The notes: generated by a model from the sequence alone, not told the origin. A stretch of 64,000 nucleotides of DNA from an uncultured delta proteobacterium (GCA_963700055.1 CAVOWH010000001.1:2199-66198), one strand, 5' to 3'. Counted from the first letter of the stretch, positions 1-11,744 are shown. Numbers and translations are program-made.

Positions 1-808
1 ACTAAAGGATTGTGGAGCTCACAGATCGGATCCCACCCCAGTTGTTTATTCTTGACGCCTTCAATGGTTTTGTAGTAGCGTTCGATGATGGATGAAAAAT
101 GTCCCCAGCGCCGATCCTTTGCAGTTGGAGTCTCGTCTCTCGTGAAGAGATCCGTAATCAGCGGACCGATCCTCGCCGGGTTGTAGTACGGAGGGCCCTT
201 CGTTCCGCGAACCGCAATGGCCTTGAGGTTTTTCGAACCCATCACCGCTCCCATACCCAACCGGGCGGCGTGATGGTAAAAGTCATGAGAGATGGTGGCA
301 TTTCTGAACCCGATGCTCGCCCGCCGGGCCGATCGTGATAATCCTCAGATTTTTGATCTTCGAGGTCCTTTCGAATCTCTTCCCGGGAGGGCCTGTGGTG
401 CGGCAAGATTGGGTTTGCCCCAGAGATGGGAGGCATCCGGATTTGGACATGTCGTCCTTGAGAGAGATAGACGGTTCGGGCGATCTCCCGGTGAGAAGAA
501 GCCCCGCATTGTGGCCGGCATAGATCAGTTCGGTTCCAAAATGGCCATTCAGATTGGACTGACCTCGGAGAAGCGTCAGGGGAGATTTCGCACTAAAATT
601 CGTTACTCCCCGATGAACCCGGTGATCGGTCCCACCCCAATATAAAGAATATTTTCTTCTCCAAGGGGATCGGCACTTCCGGGACCCTCTCCCATAAGAG
701 CTTACCCCCGTATCCCCTGCCGCCCAGGTATTGCCTGAAATCCTGGGTGACATCAACAACCTTTTTTTCTCGGGTGGAGAGATTGACTTCCAGCAACCGG
801 AATTGCAT
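1..808 (-). pseudogene. Aldehyde:ferredoxin oxidoreductase (tungsten AOR family), N-terminal about 270 codons. It runs off the window start and its frame is broken several times.
   Basis: ORF 593..808 starts MQFRLLEVNLSTREKKV...LGGRGYGGKLLWE (AOR N-domain). The downstream motifs AKSPLT, IITIGPAGE and ASIGFRNATISHDFYHHAARLGMGAVMGSKNLKAIAVRG lie in three different frames. Confidence 0.7.
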
Positions 809-889
809 CTGACGTATCCTCCTTTAGACACGTCCCTAGGACCCATCTCAGGGATATCGAATCGTATAGAAAGAGTCTATATCATTTTT

Positions 890-920
890 CATTTTGCACT
901 TTGCATTTTGCACTTTGCAC
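890..920. repeat. 14-bp tandem repeat cattttgcactttg, 2.2 copies, between the TPP-enzyme stop and the AOR start
   Basis: Direct reading: cattttgcactttg cattttgcactttg cac. Confidence 0.8.
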
Positions 921-928
921 TGAGGTTT

Positions 929-2678
929 TTAACGCTGGGTGATCGTGTCGACCAATGCTGGCCGTCCCTCTTTCTTAATGACCTGGATCGCCCTCTTGAC
1001 CGCCTCCTGCACCCTGTCGCCGTCCTCGATCGGTCCTTCGGCGTACCAGCCAAATCCTTGAGCGATCTTCGCAAAATCAGGAGCAGGGCGATCAATCTCG
1101 GTCCCCAGATGGGCCCTCTCGATCGGATTGCCCCGGGCCTTCGCCAGCGTGATTTGGTGCTTCAGGCTGTTCTGGTAGGTCCTGTTATTGAGCATGACCA
1201 CCAGCATGGGGATCTGATGGTGAGCAGCGACCCAGAGAGCGGCGGGATCAAAAAGCAGATCGCCGTCCGGCTGGATATCCACGACGAGCTTGCCTGACCC
1301 TTTGTAAGCGAGAGCGACTCCAAGAGAGATGCTGACCTGTGTCCCGTGCCCAGACCCTCTCCCGGAAAACGATAGGGTTTATCCCAATCCCAGAGTTTTC
1401 TTGCCCACCCCTTCAGGCCATTGGTGCTAACCGTAAGGACCCAGTCCTCGTTCTTGATCACCTCCCAACTTCAGAGGTCATGCGCGGCACGGTCATCGGT
1501 TTTGCGTCCCAATTCTTGCGGGCCTCTTCCTTCCATCCATTTCTGATGGCGGCATGCTTTTCGTTCAGTCTCTTGAACCGCTGTTCTAATTCCGCTTTCC
1601 GGCCCCTATCGGCCGATAGTTTTTCCCTGCATCTCTTGATCAGTTCGGGAAGGGCAACCGATGTATCGCAGAGGATGGAGAGATCGGTCTCCTGGATCTT
1701 TTCATAGGCCATTGCGAAACTGGAGATGCCGAGATCGCCAAACCCCATGTCGATGATCCGGCAATCCTTCGGAAGAATCGACCGAGACCCCTGGCTCCGG
1801 TCTGAAGCGGAATTAGGTCTTGTCGTGGGCCCCGCGAGATCACGGACATCGAGGGCGAGAAGAAGGTCCGCCAATTCCAGGCAATCCGATTCCGAAAGAT
1901 CGAGTGGATGGGTGTTCGGGAAGTTGAACCGGTTCTCCTGATCCATCACCGGAAGTGCAAGGAGCTCGCTCAGTTCAACAAGCTTCTCCACAGAGGCCTT
2001 ATTTCTTCCAAGATAAGCCGCCAGGAGACGGGATTTTGGCCTTGACCAGAAAGTCTGCCGCCTTGTCAAGGGCCGCAGGGTCCGCCTGGATGGGCGACGG
2101 AGGCATCAACCTTTTACGTCCAAGAGAGGCACATCCTTCTCCAGAGGTTCCTCTTGAATGGGAACATCAAAACAGATGTAAGTGGGTCTCCTGGGGTTCC
2201 GTGTTCGCCACGCGATAAGCCCTGGCGAAGGAGTCCGGTACGGCGCCGGCGAAAAGGGCTGATCGTCCCATTTGACATAATCCCGGATGGCATTTCCCTG
2301 AACCAGCGCGGTATGAATCCAATCGATATGGGGACGTCTCTTCGCAATATCCATGGGACCGGTCGCGCCTCCAATCACCATCGGAACCCTATCTATGTAT
2401 GCATGGTAACTGGCCATGTTCGCGCAAGCAATCCGACCAGGTTATGGAGAATCACCAGCATCGGGCTCCCAGAAGCTTTGGCATACCCATGAGCGATCCT
2501 CACGGCTATCTCCTCGTGAGGACATTCGAATGATTTCCGGTTTTACATTCCCTCCGTAATTCACCAGGGAATCCTGTAACGCCCTGAAAGACGATCCGGG
2601 GTTGATGGCGACGTACTCAAACCCGTACTGTTTGATCACATCCACAATCAGATCAGAACCAAATCTCTGTTACGACAT
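929..2678 (-). pseudogene. Thiamine-diphosphate enzyme (acetolactate synthase / benzoylformate decarboxylase-like), split into at least 5 frame fragments
   Basis: Fragments 2442..2645 (VIKQYGFEYVAINPGSSFRALQDSL), 2106..2417, 1458..2069, 1162..1461 and 929..1282 (MLVVMLNNRTYQNS...GFGWYAEGP) are collinear with the N, middle and C TPP domains. The ATG at 2678 with an AAGGGG RBS is followed by an in-frame TAA at codon 3 (2670..2672). Confidence 0.75.
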
Positions 2679-3545
2679 TGTTGTCCCCTTTCTCTTCCGT
2701 TCGATTTAGCTGGACGAAAGATCACGCGTCTTACGGCTCGCACCTTGCGTTCTCACCGTCTCTCGGTATCAACGCTCCGTGGATCCTCTTCCATGCCGGG
2801 TCCCTGCTCCGACGGCAACCCTTTCACCTGGGTTTCTGGAAGGGAGAATGGGCTGGGATAAAAAGAGTGTAAATAATCATTGGAGTGTTCCGTGACGAAG
2901 AGAGAACTCACTCCTCCGGCTTGATGACCCGCTCAACAACGCAATCAGGGAATTTGATGCAGCTGGGCTGAAAGAAGATGAGAAAGAAACTCCTTCTTCC
3001 GGCAGTTCTTAATCGATGTATCTTCCTTCAACAAACGCAAAGAGAAGATAGCACACCCCAATAAGTATGTCAATGAAAAATAGACTGTTTTCGTAATCCC
3101 TCATGTTATGGCACGATATGCACCCGGCTTCCGAAGTGGGCTATTCACCCGGAGCGTTTCGGCGGCGCATCCTTTTATTCGCTGAAAATCCGCCTGTGAT
3201 GAATGGCCCTAAAGACAAAGCATCAGACGAACGGCTAGGGTCTTCGAAATCATGTCAGAGAAAGCGCCGTTCCGAAACGCGAGGACGGAATAGGCCGCTT
3301 CGGAGCCACCCCGCGCGAAACTGAGGGGATACCTGTTTTCTTGATACGCACGCCCCCTTTTTGCTATATTCACCTAGCCCGAAAACGAGTTTGTTCTGAA
3401 GCGAATCCCCGTGTTTTCTGTGGGCAGCCCCTACGAGAATGTCCTCGCTGGTGATGCGGGTGAACAGTAATCAAGGTTATTGCAGCAACCGGTGTATGAA
3501 ATTCAAGGGTTTATCAGAGCTGATTTCCTATCGGCGGAGGGTCAC

Positions 3546-4586
3546 ATGGAGAAGAAAAGGGTTTTGTTCGGCTATCATGGAGAACTCTTGACTTCGTTTG
3601 ATTTTTTGAAAGAGGTCGCCGTTATCGACTATAGGGCCGGACGGTTGAAATTTACGCCAGATCTTCTCAAGAAGTCCAAACCTCACATCGTTTCAGGCAT
3701 TGGGTTCGATAAGGTTACGAACCGCTTTGCGCTGACCGGCGATCTCATGGACGCCTGTGGAAACCTGGAGTTCATTCAGGTCTTGGCATGGGCTATGACT
3801 ATATCGATGTCAAGGCAGCGACGGAAAGGGGCATCCCTGTCTCCAATGTGGGGGGAGTAGGAATCTCATCGCAGTCGGTGGCCGAGCTGGCCTGGGCTCA
3901 CATTGCCCTCGCGAGAAGAATCCGCAGATGGATGCAGGCGTGAGGTCGGAGAGTTGTTGCATCCCGATCGGTTCAGGGCAACCCTGGAGAAGGACATGAT
4001 CTACTTTCGCGGAGGACCTGTGCTCCACGGTAAAACCCTGGGGGTCATTGGGCTGGGAAAAATTGGAAAGCGAAGCGCCCTGATCGGCCGTCTTGGGTTC
4101 AATATGAGCGTCCTCGCTTATGATCCCTATGTCGAGCCGGCCGATGCGGAGATGATCGGCGTGAAGCTGGTCGGACTCGATACGCTGCTTAAACAATCCG
4201 ATGTCATTGTGATCCACGCGGCATTGACCGATGAGAATACCGCATTGATCGGCGAACGCGAGATCAGTCTCATGAAGAAGACAGCGATGATCGTCAACGA
4301 TGCCAGGGGTCCCATGATCGACATGCCCGCCCTGGTAAAAGCTCTTGAACAAGGCAGGATCTATGGGGCCGGCATAGACGCCTGGCCCACGGAGCCGCCC
4401 GATCCCAGTGACCCGTGGGTTCAACGCCTGGTCAAGTCTGACCGGACGAGCCTCTCCTGTCACGTGGGGTCTTTAAATGAAGCCATGATTGAGAGACAGA
4501 AAGCAGGTTTCGAAAACATAGCGAGGTACTGTAGAGGGGAAAAGCCCTTTCGGGTCGTCAACCCCGGCGTGCATCAAAGCAAATGA
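3546..4586 (+). pseudogene. D-isomer-specific 2-hydroxyacid dehydrogenase, frameshifted at about 3785 and about 3930
   Basis: GKTLGVIGLGKIGKR Rossmann motif and the C-terminal catalytic domain lie in ORF 3903..4586. The N-terminal part is in ORF 3480..3860. 'ttggcatggg' at 3783 lacks one G relative to the expected LGMGYDYIDV reading. GGAGGG RBS precedes the ATG at 3546. Confidence 0.75.
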
Positions 4587-4644
4587 GATACTGGAGGCCG
4601 GGCGTTCATTGACGAACATGCTTCCAGATGAATTCCGGAAAGAA

Positions 4645-6153
4645 CTACTCTTCCTGCATCTCGATGGCCTTCTGTGCGACTTTCTTGCGAAACAACAGGG
4701 GTGAAATCAGAAAGACGAAGGCCACCAGCAGAAAGCAGGCTGAAAGGGGCCGCGTCATGAAGATCGAGAGACTTCCTTCAGAGAGCAAAAGCGATCTTCT
4801 CAGGGCATTTTCGAACATGGGACCCAGGACCAGACCCAGAATCAGGGGGGCGCCCTCGAATTCGTAGCGTTTTATAAGATAACCGATGAACGCAAAAATA
4901 TTGACAAGGAGCACGTCCTCAACAGCGTTGTTGACGCTATAGGCCCCGATCTGGCAGAAGAGGACGATGAGCACATAAAGGATGGAGTAAGGAATTCTGA
5001 GGATTTGGACCCATACCCCGATCAGGGGGAGATTAAGGATGACCAGCATAACGTTGCCAAGGTACATGCTGGCAACCACTCCCCAGAACAGATCGGGTTT
5101 GGAGCTAATCAGCAGTGGCCCCGGCTGAAGGCCAAGGATCATTAAGGCCCCCAGGATGACCGCTGTGGAGGGATTAGCGGGAATTCCGAGACTCAACAGA
5201 GGAATGAAGGTCCCGCTGGAGGCTGCATTGTTGGCTGCCTCGGGTCCAGCCACTCCTTCGATGACGCCTGTTCCGAACTTTTCCGGATGCTTCGATAACT
5301 TTTTCTCAAGGGCATAGGAGACGAACGTAGGGAGGACAGCCCCAAAACCGGGCAGTATGCCAAGAAAGAACCCGAGGACCGTCCCCCTGGCAATCGGTTT
5401 TGCAGAGGCCTTCCAGTCCTCACGGGTCGGAAAAAGATTTCTGATCTTGCCGGAAAATGTGTCTCGCTTCTGGAAGGGTTGACTCAAGTTCAGGAGAACC
5501 TCACTCATCCCGAACAACCCCATGGCCACATAAACCAGTTCAAAACCGTCCATCAGGTCCGGGATGCCGAACGTAAATCGAGTTCGGGAGGTCATCGGAT
5601 CCATCCCCACCGTGCTCATGATGATGCCGACGCAGGCCATGATGAGGCTTCGGAGGAGGGATCCCTTGCTCACGTAGGTCACCAGCGTCAGGCTCATCAC
5701 GGCAAGGGAAAAATACTCCGGAGGTCCGAACCGGAGCGCGAGACCGGCCAGAGTGGGCGCGAACAGCATCAACCCAATGACGCCGAACGTCCCCGCAATA
5801 AAAGATCCGAAGGCAGCGATGCCCAGGGCCGGTCCCGCCCTCCCCTTTCGGGCCATCTGATACCCGTCGATGCAGGTCACCACCGAGGCGGTTTCCCCGG
5901 GGATGTTGACCAGGATCGAGGTGGTCGAGCCCCCGTACATCGCTCCATAACAGATGCCCGACAACATGATCACAGAACCCACAGGAGGGGCATGGAAGAT
6001 CGTCGGCAGAAGAAGGGAAGTGGCTGCCGCCGGGCCCAGGCCGGGAAGAACTCCGACCAATGTTCCCATCAACACCCCGGCGAAACAATAGATCAGATTT
6101 TCAGGCTGAAGAAATACGCTGAAACCGTAAGCCAGGCTATGGAGCGCTCCCAC
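4645..6153 (-). CDS. tctA: Tripartite tricarboxylate transporter large permease TctA
   Basis: About 500-aa polytopic membrane protein with LPGLGPAAATSLLLP and GILPGFGAV motifs. The likely GTG start at 6153 has a GAGG RBS and lies just after the tctB stop. The ORF track extends to 6222. Confidence 0.85.
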   Translation of the reverse strand: MGALHSLAYGFSVFLQPENLIYCFAGVLMGTLVGVLPGLGPAAATSLLLPTIFHAPPVGSVIMLSGICYGAMYGGSTTSILVNIPGETASVVTCIDGYQMARKGRAGPALGIAAFGSFIAGTFGVIGLMLFAPTLAGLALRFGPPEYFSLAVMSLTLVTYVSKGSLLRSLIMACVGIIMSTVGMDPMTSRTRFTFGIPDLMDGFELVYVAMGLFGMSEVLLNLSQPFQKRDTFSGKIRNLFPTREDWKASAKPIARGTVLGFFLGILPGFGAVLPTFVSYALEKKLSKHPEKFGTGVIEGVAGPEAANNAASSGTFIPLLSLGIPANPSTAVILGALMILGLQPGPLLISSKPDLFWGVVASMYLGNVMLVILNLPLIGVWVQILRIPYSILYVLIVLFCQIGAYSVNNAVEDVLLVNIFAFIGYLIKRYEFEGAPLILGLVLGPMFENALRRSLLLSEGSLSIFMTRPLSACFLLVAFVFLISPLLFRKKVAQKAIEMQEE

Positions 6154-6172
6154 TGTTACCTCGTGCCCCTTC

Positions 6173-6601
6173 TTAGATTCCCAGGATTCCCCGCGGGAAA
6201 TAGACGTGCAGCAGCCGGCCAAAAATGAGATACGAGAGCAGCGTCACCAGCGCGCTCATCCCTATCAAAACCCACCACCGTCTGGCTTCCCCCAGGCGGA
6301 AGAGCACCGCCACCAGCAAGAAAGTCGCCACAATAAAACCGAGGGATTTAAAGACCAGGCTGTACGCAAAAAGGAAGATCAGTCCCAGGACAACCCGGAA
6401 AGAAAGAGGCTTTTGGGGCTCGTTGAGTTTCCAGCTTTGAACCGTGAGCAATAAAGAGAGGAAAGCAAGGATGATCGCTGTCCAGAAGGAGATGAACCCG
6501 GACCCCGGTTGGTGTGCCTTACCGAGGCCTACTCTTAAAGACTCCCAGATGACGAACAACGAGAGAGCGAAAAAGAAAAGGCCGCTTCTTAGTGAACGCA
6601 T
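6173..6601 (-). CDS. tctB: Tripartite tricarboxylate transporter small subunit TctB
   Basis: 142-aa, 4-TM protein immediately upstream of tctA, in the canonical tctC-B-A order. Confidence 0.7.
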   Translation of the reverse strand: MRSLRSGLFFFALSLFVIWESLRVGLGKAHQPGSGFISFWTAIILAFLSLLLTVQSWKLNEPQKPLSFRVVLGLIFLFAYSLVFKSLGFIVATFLLVAVLFRLGEARRWWVLIGMSALVTLLSYLIFGRLLHVYFPRGILGI

Positions 6602-6790
6602 GAAATCCCTTCTGACGCGATTACGAGGTCGCGGGAAGGTTCAGAATCCAACGATTTCACCCGTTCGACCGCGCAAAGCCCCCATCTTTCAGGATGGGAT
6701 GGAAGGCGCGGCTCAGGATGAACCTCAAGCCCTCGGCCTGAGCTCGCCCAAAGGCAGGCGTACCGTATTTGTGAAGCGAACTCGGGAGGT

Positions 6791-7745
6791 TCACTTCTCG
6801 ATCAGGCCGGCACCCTTGGCGACTTGTTGAATCACTTTCGCCTCTGCCTCCATGAACTTCCGGAATTCTTCCGGATTCTTATACTCCGGCGTGAACCCGG
6901 CATTGATGACACGCTGATTTACTTCCCGATTTTTGAAGGCCTTTTCTACCGAAGTAACCAGGATGTTCAAGGCTGTCTGCGGTGTCCCGGCTTGAGTAAA
7001 GAGGCCCCACCACGGGAAGATTCACATAGGGGTATCCTAATTCGGCGGTGGTAGGAATCGCTGGAAAATCCGGTGGCGTGTCTTGGAGGAGATGGCAGGG
7101 CCCTCAATTTCCCTGCGGTGATCTGGGGCCCGAGGGCTGCAAGGGTATTCGATGACATATCCACGTGCCCGCCCAGGAGTGCCGTCATCGATTCGGCCCC
7201 ACTCTTGAATGGGACTGAAGTGATCTTGATATTCTTGTTGTAGCACAGAATCTCCAGGGCAAAATGGCTGTCCGTTCCGAGCCCCCCGACCGAGTTCTTT
7301 ATCTTGCCAGGGTTCTTTCCGGCATACTCGACCAATTCATCCAGCGTCTTAAACGGAGAATCGCTTTTGACCGAGAAGATCATAGGGACGTTCGCAATGT
7401 GGGCCAGGGGGATTAATTCTTTCATCGCGTTGTAGGGGACCTCGTTGCTGACGATCGGCAGGTAAACGAGCCACGGGGTGGAGCCAACGAGGAGGGTGTA
7501 GCCATCCTTTTTGGCCCTGGTCACATAAGTCGTCCCTTGAATGCCTGTTCCACCGGCCCGGTTGACTGCATTGATCGGGACTTTCAGATCCCGCTTATTT
7601 CTTCAGCATAAATACGCCCGAGGACGTCTGTGGTCCCCCCCGGCCCCATCGGAATGACCAGTTCTATGATACGGTCAGGGTATTTTTCCTGAGCCTGGAT
7701 TCCATCCGAAAGTAACAATAGTGCGGCAAGCCCGCAAGCCAACAT
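6791..7745 (-). pseudogene. tctC: Tct/Bug-family periplasmic substrate-binding protein TctC, frameshifted
   Basis: Signal peptide MLACGLAALLLLSDGIQAQEKYPDRIIELVIPMGPGGTTD, then a stop. The continuation KKDGYTLLVGSTPWLV...GGLGTDSHF (ORF 6967..7524) and the C-terminus ...FRKFMEAEAKVIQQVAKGAGLIEK lie in other frames. Confidence 0.75.
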
Positions 7746-8889
7746 AATGACCTGTCTCTCATGGTCTCTCCTCTCGTTCCTATATCTCCAAAAAAATAAA
7801 CCCCCTTATACTGCTTTCTCCATTTCGTGTCAAAGTCCCGTGTGAGATGTTTGGATTCTTGTGCAGTGTTTCCAAGGACGAAAGATTTAAGGATCTTCCG
7901 GATATTGCCTTCAAAGATTTTTTGGTTGTCGGCCTCGCTGAACTTCAACTCCTGAATCACCCTGGGATAGTTCGTCAGCCGGAATTCACCCGTCCCCGGT
8001 CCCCACGGAGCGTCCGTGGCAAAGACAAGTTGGTCGACCCCGAAGACCTCGGCAGGCTATACCGGATGGCGGGTCCGCCCCCGCCGATGGCCGTATCGTA
8101 GAAGCTCGAGAAAATAATCGAACAGAGGCTTGGGCAGGGAGCGGCAAACCTCCCTGTCCCGTGCGCCCCTCGACGTTTGCGGAGGTTTCTTCAAGGCGGC
8201 CCCAGAAGAAAGGCAGGCCGCCGCCCAAATGGTGGCTGATGACTTTCAGGTCGCATACCGGGACATGATCCCCGAGAAGACGAGGTGGCACAATGCGAGC
8301 GCCGTTTCGGAAGGCTATCGAAACTGTGGGTCAGATCATAGGTCTTCTCATAGCTCCGATCCGGCCCGGTTCACAGGGCCTCCGGCAGGGTGAAGATAAA
8401 CCGGAATATCCATTTCGGCGGCGCGTGCCCAGAAAGGCTCGACTCCGGCAGATCAATGGGCGTGCCTCTCATGTTCGTCGGCACGCAGAGCGCTTTCAAG
8501 CCCAGGTCCTTCACCGCACGATGCATCTCCTTCAAATTTCCGCCGTCAGGGCTTCGGAGGGGACGTTGCCGACGGGGATCAGTCTTCCTCCGGACGCCTC
8601 CGTCAGCCTGGCCATGTTGTCATTGATCGCCTCGGCCACGCCGGAGCTGCGCAGCAGGCGGGCCCGGCAGGAAGATCACAGTCCACAGAATCGACCGGAT
8701 TGACCACTTGGAGGTCGATGCCGTTTCTGTCAAGGATCTCCAGACGTAGATCCACATCCAGGAGGTGCGGCTTTCTTTTTTGCATGCGCTCGAGGTAACG
8801 GATTCCATCTCTTGTCCAATCGCCGCCTGCGTGCCCAATTGATCGAGGTCGCCTCCGCAAAAACCGTGGGCATGTGCATCGATGATCAT
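7664..8889 (-). pseudogene. Amidohydrolase-2 (ACMSD/TIM-barrel metal hydrolase) family gene, fragmented; the 3' end is approximate
   Basis: GGAGGG RBS plus MIIDAHAHGF at 8889. The C-terminal ...SEADNQKIFEGNIRKIL lies in ORF 7664..7960, and the middle pieces are in other frames. Confidence 0.6.
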
Positions 8890-9062
8890 CCTGTCCCTCC
8901 AAAATGAACCCTTTAGGCACTGTAAATTCGGCTTTATCCTTATACTCCCTTCCCCGGGCCCTGTCAAGGCCCTTTCAGATTTGCAACCGGGGTGTGGCAC
9001 AAACTTCATCCATTGACTATGGGATAATCATGCCTTACATATAGGGCTAATTAACCTCAACG

Positions 9063-9262
9063 TTGCATTGAAAAGGCAGGTGAGTGTGCTTCCCAACCTT
9101 TAGAATGCGGGTTTCTGCCAATTTTTATGGGTAACATGCGATGCCACCGAGGGATAACTTTGGTCAATATGCCGGGAAACCGAGCAGCCTACGCTTAAAG
9201 GTGCCGCTCTAAAGGTTTCCCAGCACACCCACCCGCCTTTTGTTACGTTTTTTATGCAACTG
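9063..9262. repeat. 200-bp unit bounded by imperfect terminal inverted repeats of about 45 bp (MITE-like, or a long hairpin)
   Basis: 9063..9105 (TTGCATTGAAAAGGCAGGTGAGTGTGCTTCCCAACCTTTAGAA) matches the reverse complement of 9210..9262 (TTGCAT...AAAAGGCGGGTGGGTGTGCTGGGAAACCTTTAGAG). Identity is 28/35 in the core plus identical TTGCAT termini. Confidence 0.55.
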
Positions 9263-9457
9263 GCAGGTTAACATTCTCCGAGGCCTTTCTGTCCGGGGAT
9301 CGAGTTACGGAATCAAAGGCCATCTCAACCCGATGGCCATGTAAAAAGCATTACACTCCTCTTCGGGAAAACTCTCGTGCATTAAGACTTTGTTGACACT
9401 CCTTGTGCTAATCACACTTTTGAAAAGGAAAGCTATCCACGTTTCAGTATCCGACAC

Positions 9458-10940
9458 TTGTGTGAGTTTATCGCAGCGGTTGAGGAAATGAGGGAATTAT
9501 CAACGATCACCCGTGTCGATTGGAATGTGGAACTCGGGGAGATTACGGACGTCCTCGTTCATCAGCTCGACACGCCCATGGTCATGTTTGATGAGATCAA
9601 GGGGTATCCTCCCGGCTTCAGGGTCCTGGTCAATTTTACGGGAAGCTACAACCGCCTGGCCCTGCTTCTGGGCATGGACGAAAGTGGAAACGGGCGTGCC
9701 TCTGGTGAAGGCCTGGAGGGAATTGAGGGCCAAGAGACGTCTGCTTCCGCCCGAGACGGTGAGTGACAGCCCTGTGTTGGAGTGCGTCCGCGAAGGCAAG
9801 GACGTCAACCTTTTTGAACTGCCGGTCCCCCGTAAGTGGCACGCCCATGATGGCGGAAGGTATATCGGGACGGCCTCAATGACCATTACCCGGGGACCGG
9901 AAACCGGGGTGGTTAACCTGGGGACCTACCGCCACCAGGCCGTTGACGAGAAAACCCTGGGTTGTTTCTTCAACGAGTTCGGCAGGCACGCCGCGGGTCA
10001 CGCACGGAAGTACCACAAAAAGGGAGAGAGCTGCCCGGTGGCTGTCGTAGCGGGCGTTGACCCTCTGTTGTTCGTGTTCTCCCCTATGCACGTGGCGGAG
10101 ACGGTTTCGGAATATGACTGTGCCGGCGGGTTGAGAGATGAGCCTGTCCCTGTCTTCATCAGCGACCTGACGGGCCGCCCCTGCCCGCCTCTGCCGAGAT
10201 CATTGTGGAGGGAGAGATGAGGCCCGGGGACACGGTGGAAGAAGGACCCTTTGGCGAGTGGACGGGGTATTATGGCGCACCCGCCGCACAGAGGCCGGCC
10301 ATCCGCGTCCAAGGATCCTGTTTCGCCGCGATCCGATTCTCCTGGGCTACTCCCCGTGCCGTCCGCCATCGAACAACACCGTCCTTCGCAGTCTCCACAT
10401 TCTCGGCGACCGTCTGGGAGGCGCTCGAAGGTGCGGGGGTGACCGACGCCAAAGGCGTCTGGTGCCATGACAGCGGCGGCGGAAGGCTTTTCAATGTGGT
10501 TGCCATTGAACACATGTTTCCAGGTCATGCCCGGCAGGCCGAGTCCTATTGCCTCCCAATGCCGCGAAGCGATTCGCATGGGCCGCTATGTCGTGGTGGT
10601 CGATGAGGACATTGACATTGCCAACATCGACGAGGTCATCTGGGCCATGGCCACCCGATCCGATCCCAAACGCTCGATCGAGATCATCAGCCGCACATTG
10701 GGAGGCGATTTGAACACAGCTTCACCGCCTGAAGACCTTTATACCTCGAGGGCGATCATCGATGCCTGCAGGCCTTTTGAGTGGAAGGAGCAATTTGCCC
10801 GGACTGTCGGAGTGAGCAGTGAACGGGCCAGGGAGATCAGAAAGGCCTGGCCTAAACTTTTTGCTAGGAGTCTGTCGGAATACCCGGTCGAAAGTATTTT
10901 CCGGGGGTATTGGAACCCTTGGCCGCGCCAGGATCGTTGA
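9458..10940 (+). pseudogene. UbiD-family (prFMN-dependent) decarboxylase, split over at least 4 frames
   Basis: Collinear fragments 9458.., 9513..10220 (HAHDGGRYIGTASMTITRGPETGVVNLGTYR), 10205.. ([13 protein letters not shown]) and 10467..10940 ([28 protein letters not shown]). Confidence 0.8.
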
Positions 10941-11087
10941 TCCTGACGCATCGCGTGAACGCCGACCGGAGCGTCTGCATCGCGCAGAGGGCCGCCGCAG
11001 CAAGGACGGCATCACCATCCCACGACAACATGTCGAGTGGCGGATGGAGGATCCATGCGCGCGTTTGATAGGGCAAGGGTTGAAAGG

Positions 11088-11744
11088 TCAGGCTTGGCCG
11101 GTCAGCACGATGGACACGCGGCGGTTGGCGGCGGTGTCGGACGACACCGGGCAGCATTCTCCCATGCCCACGGCCGAGACTCGGGCAGGATCGATGCCCT
11201 TTTGGCTCAATGCATTCTTGACGGCATTGGCGCGGCGTTCGGAAAGCTGAAGGTTGTACTGTTCGCTGCCGGTCTGGTCCGTATGGCCCTCCACCCGGAT
11301 CGTCGTCTGCGGATATTGATTGAGAACGTTGGCGACCCGGTCCAACTCGGCATATCCGCCGGGCTTGATGGTGGCGGAGTTGACGTCGAAGAACAGGTCG
11401 CTCTTGAAGGTCGCCGTCAGCATCTGTTCGTTGTTGCGTTGGATCGTGGCGTTGTTCTGGGAAACCGTCGAGGCCATGGCGTTGCGCAGGTCTTGCTCCT
11501 GTTTGTCCATGTAAGCACCGACCCGGTTGCCGAGAACCCCGCCGATCAAGGCGCCCGTTGCCGCGCCGATGGCCACTTTTTCGCGCTGATTGTGCGTGCC
11601 GGTGGCGGCCCCGATCACCCCTCCGACCACAGCGCCCGCGCCTGCCCCGATCGCGGTGCCGGTCTGCTCCTTTTCACCCATGGAAGCGCAACCGAACGCC
11701 CCTAAAGTCACGAACACGACTCCAACTTTCAAAAGCTTCAGCAT
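11088..11744 (-). CDS. OmpA-domain lipoprotein with an N-terminal glycine zipper
   Basis: MLKLLKVGVVFVTLGAFGC lipobox, a GAGAGAVVGGVIGAATG zipper, and the OmpA C-domain TIRVEGHTDQTGSEQYNLQLSERRANAV. AGGAGGA RBS precedes the ATG at 11744; the longer 352-aa ORF is a GC artefact. Confidence 0.85.
   Translation of the reverse strand: MLKLLKVGVVFVTLGAFGCASMGEKEQTGTAIGAGAGAVVGGVIGAATGTHNQREKVAIGAATGALIGGVLGNRVGAYMDKQEQDLRNAMASTVSQNNATIQRNNEQMLTATFKSDLFFDVNSATIKPGGYAELDRVANVLNQYPQTTIRVEGHTDQTGSEQYNLQLSERRANAVKNALSQKGIDPARVSAVGMGECCPVSSDTAANRRVSIVLTGQA

Noticed and set aside
5479-6228. 249-aa plus-strand ORF and other ORFs overlapping tctA
   Set aside because: The hydrophilic His/Arg/Gly-rich product is antisense to a bona fide 12-TM-type permease frame.
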